DNA of 64,000 bases from Cyanobacteriota bacterium (GTDB taxonomy: Bacteria; Cyanobacteriota; Cyanobacteriia; Thermostichales; Thermostichaceae): the NCBI GenBank assembly GCA_033764955.1, contig JANRIL010000024.1, positions 1 to 64,000 of the forward strand, written 5' to 3'. Shown here piece by piece: positions 11,132 to 21,345 of the stretch. How positions within the stretch are numbered: position 1 is the stretch's first letter; every line of letters starts with the position of its first letter. A program made the position numbers and the translations under genes. Under the pieces are notes generated by a model, which searched no databases, was not told the DNA's origin, and saw only the letters and a list, made by a program, of their open reading frames with translations.

Positions 11132-11602
11132 TCACTGCCCTTGCCCGTTGCCCCCGTGCCCGTCACCTAAGTTTACTTTCACAACCTTGTTCTTATCTTC
11201 TTCAGCCTTGGGCAGCTTCAGCTTGAGAATGCCATCTTTGTATTCTGCTTGCACCTGATCGTGCTGGACACGGGTAGGCAACGGAACTACGCGCTGAAAC
11301 CTGCCATAGCGGAATTCGGTGCGGGTGATGCCTCTTTCTTCCGTTTTGATTTCTGACTTGCGCTCACCGGAAATAGATACTGCCTCTGGCGATACCTGCA
11401 CATCTAAGTCTTTGGGGTCTACACCGGGAACTTCTACCTTGAGATGAACTCCATCAGGGGTTTCTTCTATCTCCGCAGAGGGAATAAAGGCAATGCCTTC
11501 CTCTCCTCTACGACCTGTTGGTGCTATTTCATCAAACAAGCGGTTTAACTGCCGCTGCAAACTTTCAACTTCTCGGAAAGGTTCCCAACGAACGAGTGAC
11601 AT
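11132..11602 (-). CDS. Small heat-shock protein Hsp20/alpha-crystallin
   Basis: MSLVRWEPFRE, EFRYGRFQRVVPLP, AEYKDGILKLKLPK. Confidence 0.95.
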   Translation of the reverse strand: MSLVRWEPFREVESLQRQLNRLFDEIAPTGRRGEEGIAFIPSAEIEETPDGVHLKVEVPGVDPKDLDVQVSPEAVSISGERKSEIKTEERGITRTEFRYGRFQRVVPLPTRVQHDQVQAEYKDGILKLKLPKAEEDKNKVVKVNLGDGHGGNGQGQ

Positions 11603-11836
11603 AATTTCAAGTCTCCTGATGATCTATACTTGGGTGTTTAGAATTCTGCATTAGGCTGGGTTTTGTCAGTCGCTGAAACAGCGTTGCTATACATGCCAGT
11701 TCTGAACTCTGTTGACACTGTAAAAAAGAAATCTAAGGGCTTTCTGAGGAAATTATGATGATTGGGGATTGGGACAAGGCAAAATTGGTAAAGGCGATTT
11801 TTTCCCTGTAGATGTCTCTCTAGAGCAAGCTAAGTG

Positions 11837-11974
11837 GAGCATGTTTTGAACGGCGATGTTGACCCCTCGGCTGTGCTGACGCATCGCTTGCCTCTAACTG
11901 AAGTAAAGCAGGGCTTTGAGATGTTCAAGCACAAGCAAGACCAATGCATCAAAGTGATGCTGCAGCCGGGCTAG
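11837..11974 (+). pseudogene. C-terminal fragment of a zinc-dependent alcohol/formaldehyde dehydrogenase (YbdR-like)
   Basis: Hand translation EHVLNGDVDPSAVLTHRLPLTEVKQGFEMFKHKQDQCIKVMLQPG*; in-frame stop at 11831 just upstream. Confidence 0.75.
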
Positions 11975-12046
11975 TTGTGCGACGGCAGGTAACTTTGAAC
12001 CCGCGCCGATAACCTCTGTACCATCCGTACCAACGCATTGTTAGGT
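11974..12046 (-). repeat. attC-like site downstream of the restriction endonuclease
   Basis: Minus strand ACCTAAC (RYYYAAC) 11 bp after the stop; GTTGGTACG can pair with CGCACAAC with one bulged base; final GTT core is missing. Confidence 0.55.
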
Positions 12047-12057
12047 AGCTGTTGCAT

Positions 12058-13026
12058 CTACAAACTGCATAGCCAACGAGAAATAGATGCAACTTGATTC
12101 TCCTCATTCAAGTTGGCAGCATTACTGAGCGTCCCGCTTACTAATTGCTCCCAAATTTCACCAGCCATCCTTTTCTCAATCGCTGCTCCTACAAAAAATG
12201 TCAGGGGCGAATGACCAGCATCTGCGAATGCCTGTCTAATACGGTTGAGTGCTGCTTGTGCTGTTTTCCAATGCTCGTCAGCTCCGGCTGGATCAATTCC
12301 GCCTTTCAGTTCTCCCAATGCAATTGTGTAAGGCTCAACTTCAATAGGTTCAATTTTGCTGGATTTATTAGCTGGCAATGCTTCTGGCGCAAGATTGAAC
12401 AAACAGAGGTCTACATTACTTTTAACTAACGGAATATTTAGGTTATAGATAAGTTCACGTCTACCAAGAGCGCTCTCCCAACTGAGTCCGCGTAAAGAAA
12501 ATTCAATTTCTGCATCGTCGTTTGTCATCGCTATCCACCTTTTTGTCTTTGAATGCAGCCAATGATATTTTTGACCTGCAATTGTAAGAGTTGAAAGAAT
12601 AGCACGAGTTAGTTTTCTTTGTGCCAAAGCTCCACCAACATTACGCATTGAACCACCAAGCGTATCGCCACGAGTCAATAGAAATCTAAAGACTAATTCC
12701 TCTACAAAGTTTGCACCTACTGGCTCAAGAAAGTTTTTGATTAGACCGTTAATCGCATCAGTTTTATCCTCTGGTGTCAAATGAGCAAGAGATTTGTCAG
12801 ACAATCCTGCCGCAGTCAACAATCCCATCTCGATACCCTGAATGTCTAGCAAATCAGCAGGACTTTTAGCTTGATTTGCCGCTTCTTGAAGTGCCCTTGC
12901 TTCTGCAACATAAGGGGTAGCCCGTCGATTTTTCTCAAGCGCAAGTGCTACAAAGCCCGCACGAGTCGCTTCATAGGTTGTGACAAGATCGTCACTAGAC
13001 TGAAGATGGCTACGATAAGCAGTCAT
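12058..13026 (-). CDS. Type II restriction endonuclease, AvaI/BsoBI family (predicted site CYCGRG)
   Basis: [41 protein letters not shown] match BsoBI/AvaI as I recall them. Confidence 0.92.
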   Translation of the reverse strand: MTAYRSHLQSSDDLVTTYEATRAGFVALALEKNRRATPYVAEARALQEAANQAKSPADLLDIQGIEMGLLTAAGLSDKSLAHLTPEDKTDAINGLIKNFLEPVGANFVEELVFRFLLTRGDTLGGSMRNVGGALAQRKLTRAILSTLTIAGQKYHWLHSKTKRWIAMTNDDAEIEFSLRGLSWESALGRRELIYNLNIPLVKSNVDLCLFNLAPEALPANKSSKIEPIEVEPYTIALGELKGGIDPAGADEHWKTAQAALNRIRQAFADAGHSPLTFFVGAAIEKRMAGEIWEQLVSGTLSNAANLNEENQVASISRWLCSL

Positions 13027-13035
13027 AGGATCAGA

Positions 13036-14469
13036 TTACTGTTTTTTCCATACGTAAACACACTTTCTCAAGGGGTCACGCCCATGATTGCCCATTTGCT
13101 GGCTACTGTTACCCTTATTGCTAGGTAAAACGAGAATATTTTCAACTATAAAACCTAGCTTCTCTGCAAAGTCAGAGAGGAGCATATCTACTGAAATACT
13201 TACGCCAGAGTAACGCACATTGTCATTGACCATAAACAACAATGCTCCAGGTTTAAGTGCGCGAGAACATTCTTGTATGACGCAAGCCATTTCATAGAAG
13301 TAACCTCTCACCATCCTGGGTATTCCGTTATTATTTAATACACCCTGGAGTTTCTGATTATCTAAATATCTCAGGATAGCTTGCAATAGAGGTTGTGAAT
13401 TTGCAGTTTCTAAAGCCAAGCTCCAATTTGGATTGATAGTTAATAAATCTTTTGAGCGATTTTCGACTGTACAGCTTAACATCTCCTGCCGGAGATCAAT
13501 TAGTCCCTTTTCAGAAATATCTAACAATGCAAGCTCTAATGCATAAGTACGAGTGTAATCATATCGATTACAATAGGGTGGAGATGTGATAACAGCATCA
13601 TAAGTTGCATCAGGTAAAGTCGGTAACAATTTGAGGCAAGACCCTTTGTAAAGCTCGATTTTACCTTGCGATCTTTTGAGCGAAAAAAGTTCTACCTGAT
13701 GTGTAGGAGGTTCCAGATCATCAACAATTTCTTCTATTTTACTAGTGATGGCATAATCAAAATCTAAGATTTTACCTTTATTGAAAGGCCTTTTCCCCTG
13801 CCCACGACCGGAACGATAATCCCAACGAAGATATTGCCCATCTTTGCGAGTGTAACTTATAGACTCCAAAATGCAAAGTAAAGCGAAGAGCAAAACTTTT
13901 TGAAGTCTTTCGTTTTCCTGATAACAAGCTCCAAGGTATTGCTCAATTGCTCTTTTGTTTTCTGTAGAATAAGCTCCTTTTGTAATCTTGAACTCTGGCA
14001 AGCAGAATTCTTTTTCAGCCTGTTTCCATATCTGCGAACTTAACCAAGTCTTGAGACGTACAAGATCATCAGATCTAAATTCGGTATCGAGAATCTTCTT
14101 CGTTTCAATAATCTGTTGACCAATGGGTAACAATTCAATACCATCGGCATCAAGTCCCAAATCACTAGCAGCAAACAAAGCTGTTCCGCTACCTGTAAAA
14201 GGATCTAGTATCTTGCCCTGCTCAAACCCGTATTTCTGAAATAAAAACTCAACAAGAGAAGCAGAAAAGGCTTCTTTGTACTTGTACCATCGATAAATAG
14301 GTCTTGCTTTGTTAGCTTGAAAACTTACTAAAACTCTGGTGAGTGCAGGCTGAACTAAAAACTTGGTTTGGAAATGATGTTGCAATCGTTTGTCAAGGTT
14401 GTTAATTTCCCTAAGAGCGCTAATTTGCACTTCAGGGGCGATGTCGGAGATGCTTGACAGACTTGTCAC
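13036..14469 (-). CDS. Cognate N4-cytosine DNA methyltransferase
   Basis: [11 protein letters not shown] motif precedes TSPPY catalytic motif; 9 bp upstream of the endonuclease; AT-rich. Confidence 0.9.
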   Translation of the reverse strand: MTSLSSISDIAPEVQISALREINNLDKRLQHHFQTKFLVQPALTRVLVSFQANKARPIYRWYKYKEAFSASLVEFLFQKYGFEQGKILDPFTGSGTALFAASDLGLDADGIELLPIGQQIIETKKILDTEFRSDDLVRLKTWLSSQIWKQAEKEFCLPEFKITKGAYSTENKRAIEQYLGACYQENERLQKVLLFALLCILESISYTRKDGQYLRWDYRSGRGQGKRPFNKGKILDFDYAITSKIEEIVDDLEPPTHQVELFSLKRSQGKIELYKGSCLKLLPTLPDATYDAVITSPPYCNRYDYTRTYALELALLDISEKGLIDLRQEMLSCTVENRSKDLLTINPNWSLALETANSQPLLQAILRYLDNQKLQGVLNNNGIPRMVRGYFYEMACVIQECSRALKPGALLFMVNDNVRYSGVSISVDMLLSDFAEKLGFIVENILVLPSNKGNSSQQMGNHGRDPLRKCVYVWKKQ

Positions 14470-14600
14470 AAGTATTAGTCCCTATCAAACACAGATCTGC
14501 CCATTATATCAGTGCCTCCAATAGTCCGCCGAATCTAGGTTACATCGCATGTCCCCTCAACATTGCCCTAACAGATATGTGGGAGCCAGCTAACTAGATG

Positions 14601-16595
14601 CTAGCCCGCCATCGCTAAGCGCTGGGTATATTCCTCTGGTGACATGACTTGCCAGCCCATTTCACCATCTAGTTCCAACACCAAATCGTGATATTTCAAA
14701 AGGCTGGTGCGGTGTCCCACACTCAGATAAACCGTGCCCATTTCCGAGAGTCGCTCGTAGAGCATCCGTTCATTAAACACATCGAGGGCACTAGTGGCTT
14801 CATCCAAAATCACCATATTGGGATGATTTAATAAAATGCGGGCAAAGGCCAAACGCTGCTGCTCCCCCAACGATAGGATGCTCGACCAATCTTGCTCGCT
14901 ATCCAACCCTCCCACTCGCTCCGGCAGGGATCCCAAATTGACCTGTTCCAGAGCATTTTGTAGTTCTGTTTCCGTGATTTCCTGACGATAATTGGGATAA
15001 AGCAGTTGATCCCGTAGGGATCCCAAAAGCATGTAGGGTTTCTGGGGTAAAAAGAGCATCTGTTCACGGTTGGGATGTAATATGGATCCCTCGCCATTGC
15101 TCCATAATCCAGCAATCGCTCGCAATAACGAACTCTTCCCACACCCACTGCTCCCCACCACCAAAAGTCGTTGTCCAGCCTGCAAAGTTAGGCTGAGATT
15201 TTGAATTAACGTTCGCTCTGAATTGGGAGTTTTGAGTGTGAGATGCTCTAGGGCAATGTGAGGAGCCACTACCGTTTGAATAACCATCTGGTCGGGTTCC
15301 GATTGACCCGCTTTTTGTAGGGCTTCATTAAAGGCTCCCAAACGGTTAATTCCAGCCGCAAAACTAGAAATACTTTGAATCTGGTTGGTCACTAAGGATA
15401 AGGCACTCAGAACCTGGCTAAAAGCAATCGTCGCTTGGGTAATTCGCCCGAAGTCGGTCACACCCGCAAAATAAAGAGGAGCCACAATCACATAGGGAAC
15501 TACGCGAGTAAAATAGTTATAGCCATACTGAAACAAATCAATAATGGACTGCCAAATAATCAACAAATCAAAATTACGGAGAGCCGCCACAAATCGATTG
15601 ACAACCTGCCGTAACTCCAAATTCTCTCCTTGATAAAAGGCAATAGATTCCGCATTATCTCGCACATGCACCATGCCATAGCGAAAATTGGCCTCCAGTC
15701 GAAGCTGATTGAAGTTGATACCAATTAGCTTTCGACCTGCTACCACAGCAATCGCCGTTCCCACGGTTGCATAAACCACCAACCCGAAAGCCAGGGGCTT
15801 TGAGATTTCATATAAAATTCCTGTAAAGGCATAAAGAGTGAGAATAGAGTCTAAAATATCCAACAAAAATGAGAGGGTTGTGCCCGTAAAGGAAGCAACA
15901 TCTTCGGTGACCCGTTGGTCAGGATTATCAATTTGTGTGTTAGCGGCATTAGAGTCTAGCTCATAATAGGAGCGCTTGTTAAAATAAAGGTTGAGAAAGT
16001 AGTTGGTTAGCCATTCTCGCCAAAATAATCCTAATTTGAGTCGAGCATATCGGTAAATGACTAAGATGGGAATGGCAGAGATAATTAAAATCGTATAGAT
16101 CGTTAAAAACTGCCAGAATGTTGATTGATCCTTTTCCTGAAGAGCAGTATCTATAAATCGGAAAATAAAGCTAATCATCACGTTAAGTCGGTTGACCGTT
16201 AGCGATAAAAACAGCAAAAAGGTCAGAAGCACCCATTGTTTTTTTCTTTGATAAATTTGTCTGCCTGCTACAATAAAAGCAGAGCCACTGATGAGGAAGC
16301 TGACTAAAGCCACATAAAAAATGGGTGAGTTGATGTTATTTTGAGTCTGTTGAATCAATCCCTCCGCAACATTGGTAAAAAACTCAGGAAATAACGCCTG
16401 ACCTGCTAAAGCAACCCCAATTTCCACAAAAAACATCAACGAAATCACAAAGACCATGGCGGCAGCCAATAGCCCTAGAAAAGCCCAAACACTTCCTTTC
16501 TCCATAGGAAAAAAATATGGTTGAGCAATTGTTATAAAGCGATCCCAAAGGGTGCGATCAAAATTAAATCGGAGTTGAGGGGTGGAGGATGGCAT
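14601..16595 (-). CDS. ABC transporter fused permease/ATPase (ABCD/YddA type)
   Basis: IDNPDQR, EANFR, GSSGCGKSS, LSLGEQQR, ILDEATSALD. Confidence 0.92.
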   Translation of the reverse strand: MPSSTPQLRFNFDRTLWDRFITIAQPYFFPMEKGSVWAFLGLLAAAMVFVISLMFFVEIGVALAGQALFPEFFTNVAEGLIQQTQNNINSPIFYVALVSFLISGSAFIVAGRQIYQRKKQWVLLTFLLFLSLTVNRLNVMISFIFRFIDTALQEKDQSTFWQFLTIYTILIISAIPILVIYRYARLKLGLFWREWLTNYFLNLYFNKRSYYELDSNAANTQIDNPDQRVTEDVASFTGTTLSFLLDILDSILTLYAFTGILYEISKPLAFGLVVYATVGTAIAVVAGRKLIGINFNQLRLEANFRYGMVHVRDNAESIAFYQGENLELRQVVNRFVAALRNFDLLIIWQSIIDLFQYGYNYFTRVVPYVIVAPLYFAGVTDFGRITQATIAFSQVLSALSLVTNQIQSISSFAAGINRLGAFNEALQKAGQSEPDQMVIQTVVAPHIALEHLTLKTPNSERTLIQNLSLTLQAGQRLLVVGSSGCGKSSLLRAIAGLWSNGEGSILHPNREQMLFLPQKPYMLLGSLRDQLLYPNYRQEITETELQNALEQVNLGSLPERVGGLDSEQDWSSILSLGEQQRLAFARILLNHPNMVILDEATSALDVFNERMLYERLSEMGTVYLSVGHRTSLLKYHDLVLELDGEMGWQVMSPEEYTQRLAMAG

Positions 16596-16835
16596 CAGAG
16601 TTCTAAGGGGTCAGGAATAGTCAGCCTTTCTAGATTAGCAGGAGTGTGGAGAATTGCTGCTGGATTGCTGTCACGCCCCTAGCTAGGGTGGATGCGCTAG
16701 ACTAACTCGCAAGGTGTGCTCTTAGATCAATAGAATATTTAGCAATGATTGAGGCGAAGTTCTCGCTGGACTTGTCTTAACCAGAGGAGATGATTCTACC
16801 CCCCGTGAGACGCTAGCTGAACCGGAGAGGATCCC

Positions 16836-18068
16836 ATGGCTCGATTTGTGTTTGCTGCTCAAGAACTGCCTACTTTGCTTCGTCAGCAGAGCAAGCACTT
16901 TACAACGGGGTACTTGCAGTTGCACATGCGCTCCTCCGACCAAGTTGAAGCCAAAGAAGCCTGGTTGCTGGCTTTTTTTCAGGGACGGATAGTTTTCTCC
17001 TCCCATCAACCCCTCAACTGCAAAGTCTTTCTCCAACGGTTGTCCCGCTACATTCCCCGACTCAAGCTGGGTTGGTCCCAACGAGCCATTCAGGTGATCC
17101 AAGAGCGCCTCATGCGGCAAAACTCGATTCAAGAACTAATTGAGGGGATGACTCAGTTAGCACTGCTCAAGCCGGGAGAAGTTGAGGATGCCATTTGGAT
17201 GAATCTGATGGCAGATTTTGATCGGTACCTGTTTGAGCGATCGGGTACTTGTCGCTTTGAGGTGAATGATCTGGTTGCCCAAGAAGCCCCTATCAACGGG
17301 TTTGAGTTGGAGCCTCTTCTGCAACGGGCGGCAGAACGACGAGATCAATGGGCTACTCTCAAGGTGGGCGTGCCGACGATGTTAGCCGTGCCCTTAGTCA
17401 ATTGGGAGCGGATCAATCGCTATAAGATCAGCGAAGAGCAAAAGCAAAAGCTGCACAGTTTGACCAAAGACGGGCAGTCTCTGGAGACTATAGCCGCCAA
17501 ACTGGCGCGTGACCGCCTAGAAGTTGCTCAGATGTTTGCGGGTTGGGTCAAAAAAGGCTTGGTCAGTCTTCAGACTCCCCCCGAATTATTGCAAGCCCAG
17601 CAGCACAACCCCACTACCATTCTGGCTGTGGATGACAGTATGGTCATGCAAGAAATTCTCAAGCAATCTTTGCCTAACTACCGCGTAATTACGACAGGCA
17701 ATCCTTCGGAACTGTTGAATTTACTGTTTCAACATCAACCAGATCTATTACTGATGGATGTGACGATGCCAGGCATTGATGGCCTAGAACTCTGTCGGAT
17801 TGTACGGAACCTGGAAGAGTTTAAGTCTATCCCGGTGGTGATGTTGACCGCCCGTGATGGATTTTTTGATCGGATTAAGGGCAAGCTGTCTGGAGCCACT
17901 GCTTACTTAACTAAGCCCTTCAGTGAAGTGCAGTTGAATACGGAGATTGAACGGTTGCTCAACCTTCACCCTGCTTCGCAAGGACGACAGGCCAAGCCGT
18001 TGAGCTCTCCGGTTGATGTACCAACTGACTGGCATAATTCCATGTTCAATCCCACGACAGGTCAGTAA
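16836..18068 (+). CDS. PatA-type response regulator (PATAN/DUF4388 plus receiver)
   Basis: C-terminal REC (AVDDS, LLMDVTMP, YLTKPF); N-terminal PATAN-like region. Confidence 0.8.
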   Translation: MARFVFAAQELPTLLRQQSKHFTTGYLQLHMRSSDQVEAKEAWLLAFFQGRIVFSSHQPLNCKVFLQRLSRYIPRLKLGWSQRAIQVIQERLMRQNSIQELIEGMTQLALLKPGEVEDAIWMNLMADFDRYLFERSGTCRFEVNDLVAQEAPINGFELEPLLQRAAERRDQWATLKVGVPTMLAVPLVNWERINRYKISEEQKQKLHSLTKDGQSLETIAAKLARDRLEVAQMFAGWVKKGLVSLQTPPELLQAQQHNPTTILAVDDSMVMQEILKQSLPNYRVITTGNPSELLNLLFQHQPDLLLMDVTMPGIDGLELCRIVRNLEEFKSIPVVMLTARDGFFDRIKGKLSGATAYLTKPFSEVQLNTEIERLLNLHPASQGRQAKPLSSPVDVPTDWHNSMFNPTTGQ

Positions 18069-18115
18069 TCCGGTTAGGAAGTATCTGCAAGTCAACCTCT
18101 CTTTCTTCAGCCAAT

Positions 18116-19363
18116 TCAATTTTCTGGTTTCTCCGTAATGATTCCCTCGCTTAGGGGATTGAGGGATCCGCTGAGTCGATCCGGGATCCCTTGACAGCCT
18201 CCTGGTACCGTGGCGCGGGTTTGGGCTCCCCCCCAGGCACAGAGGTAGTAGCGTTGTTCGTCGGATAGCCGCTTTACCTGCTGAAAGTTGGCTCCCTGGA
18301 TCAGCGCCCCCGTAAACTCTCCTGTTTTGAAGTTGGGTTTGCGTTTGGGGTGACCGGGGGTAGCGGTTTCTGGGGATCCCGCAAAGAGAAAGGCTTTGTG
18401 GAGGTCAGATTTTTGCAGATTGGCGGCCCGCAGATCCGCACTGCTGAAATTACAATAACTGAGATCGCATTCACTGAGATTAGCCCCCTCCAAGCTAATA
18501 TCACTGAAATCAATCCCCCGCAGTTCCGTCTTGCTCAGATCCGTGCGCTCTAAAATCGTTCTTAAATTTACCACTCGGGTTCCGTTCAAGCGATCCCGTT
18601 GATAGCCGCCGGATCCATCCAAGATGGGTCGCCCTAGGTGTTCATCCCGCCGCAATGGGCTTAACAGGTTCGCCATCGATAAAAAGCGCAAAATCTTAGC
18701 TTTGCCATAGCGATCCACACCGTTCATGATGGCGGCAGTGCGTCCTTCTGCAATCGCCCGCTCCAAGGGCCAATCATCCAGTTGTCCGTCGGGGCTGAGC
18801 ACTAAGCCAGAAATTCCTTCAAAATAAGCATCGATGGTTTGCTGTTGGGTAATGAGATTTTGTTGAATGGTCAATTCGCGGGAGATGACATATTGTTGCC
18901 AAGCAATGTAGGCGGCCAAAATGGCAATCAAAATTTGTCCGGCGGCTCCAAATACCTCCCCCAAAGCTCCTACCGCATCCCAGCCAAAGGATCCTAACCA
19001 TTGCTCCATCTGACCAAAAACATCCGACAACATCACAAAAACCACCAGCGCCGCCAAGAATCCTAGCCATGCCAGCAGTTGTCCAACCCCTTCCGCTCCC
19101 AGATTTTTAAGCAACGAAGGCAATAATTGCCAGCCCGACAAACCCAGTAGTACCCAGGCGGCTAGCCATGCTAACCCACTTAGCCCTGTGCCCAAACTAA
19201 CCACCAACAGTCCAAAGGATCCCAGCCAGAGGGCTAGCCAACGCCCCCCTAGGGTAGCCACTAGGCTCGGCCATAAACTGGGATCCGCCAGAGGGGGGGA
19301 GGCTGACTCGGATAAGCCGATCTCGCCAGAGGCCGCAGAAGAAGGGGTAGAAGGCAAATCCAT
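18116..19363 (-). CDS. Membrane-anchored pentapeptide-repeat protein
   Basis: N-terminal TM helices, QQQTIDAYFEGIS, A(D/N)L repeats. Confidence 0.85.
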   Translation of the reverse strand: MDLPSTPSSAASGEIGLSESASPPLADPSLWPSLVATLGGRWLALWLGSFGLLVVSLGTGLSGLAWLAAWVLLGLSGWQLLPSLLKNLGAEGVGQLLAWLGFLAALVVFVMLSDVFGQMEQWLGSFGWDAVGALGEVFGAAGQILIAILAAYIAWQQYVISRELTIQQNLITQQQTIDAYFEGISGLVLSPDGQLDDWPLERAIAEGRTAAIMNGVDRYGKAKILRFLSMANLLSPLRRDEHLGRPILDGSGGYQRDRLNGTRVVNLRTILERTDLSKTELRGIDFSDISLEGANLSECDLSYCNFSSADLRAANLQKSDLHKAFLFAGSPETATPGHPKRKPNFKTGEFTGALIQGANFQQVKRLSDEQRYYLCAWGGAQTRATVPGGCQGIPDRLSGSLNPLSEGIITEKPEN

Positions 19364-19560
19364 GAGCAAAAACTCGCAAGTATAAAGGGGCAACCGGTTG
19401 ATCTAGGGCAGGATCCCTCCTGATTGATTAGCCATCGGAGGGACAGGCTCCCCTCCCCTCTTGTTTCCGAAAAACTCTAGCCAATTCTTGCGAAAGACGG
19501 CTCAGGCTGGTGAGGAGATGAGGACAATGTTAATGTTACATAGAGTCTCCACAGAGAACG

Positions 19561-19932
19561 ATGGAATCCAAAACTCGAATTCGCAATTCGGTCACTCCTA
19601 ACGGGCAAAAGCTAGCTATTGTGCCTGTGGAGGGACGATTTGATGCCAAAGCCGCTTCGGAAGCTCGCCAACTGCTCCAGCAGGTGATTGACTTTGGTTA
19701 CCCTAACCTACTGCTCGATATGGCTGGTGTCACCTTTATGGATAGTTCTGGATTGGGGGTTTTGATCTCGGCGCTCCGCAAATGTCGTTCGGTGGGGGGA
19801 AACCTGGCTCTCTGTAATGTGCCTGATAATGTAGCCTTGGTACTCAATCTCACTTCAATGGAAAAAGTCCTGCTCAGTTTTAGCGATATACAAGGGGGAA
19901 TCACTAATTTCCCCACGTCATCAGGTCGTTAA
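19561..19932 (+). CDS. STAS-domain anti-sigma factor antagonist
   Basis: GRFDA, LDMAGVTFMDSSGLGVL phosphoserine motif. Confidence 0.9.
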   Translation: MESKTRIRNSVTPNGQKLAIVPVEGRFDAKAASEARQLLQQVIDFGYPNLLLDMAGVTFMDSSGLGVLISALRKCRSVGGNLALCNVPDNVALVLNLTSMEKVLLSFSDIQGGITNFPTSSGR

Positions 19933-20005
19933 TGAGGATTCCTCCTCAGGATAAAGTAATCGATATCCACTCCGGCGATTTCCTGAAGGGGATCCCTTTA
20001 CTGTT

Positions 20006-21157
20006 ATGACGCAACCCAATATTTTGGACATCTTGGGAGCAAAAGCCACGGCTACGCCCTCTTCAGCGACATCTGAATCTAGGATCCCGACTTTAGCTCA
20101 GTTGGTGAAAGAAGCCCATAACCAGGGCTACTCGGATATTCATTTGGGGGTGGGCAGACCTCCCTATTTTCGTAACCACGGCATCATCGAAAGAACCAAC
20201 TATCCGCTGGCGAATGAGACCCATTTTTGGAGCTGGATGGAGGAGATTCTAAACCCTGCTGAGATTGACAAATTTCGGGAGCAGCAGGATTTTGACGGTG
20301 CCTCCGAATATGAGTTTACCCGTGTACGGATCAATGCGTTTATGACCCTGCGGGGGGCGGCGATGGTGCTGCGTTTGATCCCTTTACAAATTAAAACCCT
20401 CGATGAACTGGGCTTGCCGGAGGTTTTTAAGAAGCTTTCTATGGACTATCGACGCGGATTGATCCTGTTAACGGGAGAAACTGGATCCGGTAAATCCACA
20501 ACCTTAGCCGCCATGATTGATCATATCAATCGCCATCTGCCCAAACATATTGTAACCATCGAAGATCCCATTGAATTTGTGCATCAAAACCACAAATCTT
20601 TGATCAATCAGCGGGAGGTGGGGATGCACACCAGTGATTTTGATCGGGCATTGCGGGCGGTTTTGCGAGAGGATCCCGATATTATTTTGATTGGAGAAAT
20701 GCGAGATCGTAATACCGTCAGCACCGCCCTGAAGGCAGCGCAAACCGGACATTTGGTGCTGGGGACTCTCCATACGAATAGTGCAGTTGCCAGTATCGAG
20801 CGGTTGCTTAACATCTATGAGCCACCGGAACAAGAGGTGATGAGAATTCAGATTGCCGAGGCGTTGGTAGCAGTGGTTTCGCAAATTTTGGTTCGCACCT
20901 ATGATGGCAAGCGTACCGTTGCCCAAGAAATTATGCTCAACACCGATGCCATTAAAGATTGGATCCAACGGGGAGAAATCGACAAAATTGAGGCAGTGAT
21001 CCCAGAGTCACGCTTTGATGGGATGCAAACCATGAATCAGGCTCTCTATCACCTCTATCAAAGGGGCAAGATTAGCCAAGAGGAAGCTTTAGCCGCTTCT
21101 CCCAAAGCCAACGAGATGATCCACATGATTAAGGGGGCAGGTAGCTCCGCTTGGTGA
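20006..21157 (+). CDS. pilT: Type IV pilus retraction ATPase PilT/PilU family
   Basis: GETGSGKST, TIEDPIE, LREDPDIILIGEMRD, TGHLVLGTLHT. Confidence 0.9.
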   Translation: MTQPNILDILGAKATATPSSATSESRIPTLAQLVKEAHNQGYSDIHLGVGRPPYFRNHGIIERTNYPLANETHFWSWMEEILNPAEIDKFREQQDFDGASEYEFTRVRINAFMTLRGAAMVLRLIPLQIKTLDELGLPEVFKKLSMDYRRGLILLTGETGSGKSTTLAAMIDHINRHLPKHIVTIEDPIEFVHQNHKSLINQREVGMHTSDFDRALRAVLREDPDIILIGEMRDRNTVSTALKAAQTGHLVLGTLHTNSAVASIERLLNIYEPPEQEVMRIQIAEALVAVVSQILVRTYDGKRTVAQEIMLNTDAIKDWIQRGEIDKIEAVIPESRFDGMQTMNQALYHLYQRGKISQEEALAASPKANEMIHMIKGAGSSAW

Positions 21158-21345
21158 AGGGATCCCATTCGTTTTTTGCCTGCCTGTGAAGGAGAGAGAG
21201 AGCTTGAATAGAATACTTTTTCCCACAAGCGGAGACAGGATCGAGAACACTTTTCTCCTGTTGACAAGTGCAGAAGAAACTTCCTGAGCTTCCTCCACGT
21301 CGTGGACATGCTGGTTCATATTTAAAGATCAATGGATCCCAATTC

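Noticed and set aside
21089..21332. Short minus-strand ORFs between pilT and the HD gene
   Set aside because: They overlap the pilT end and show no recognisable motif
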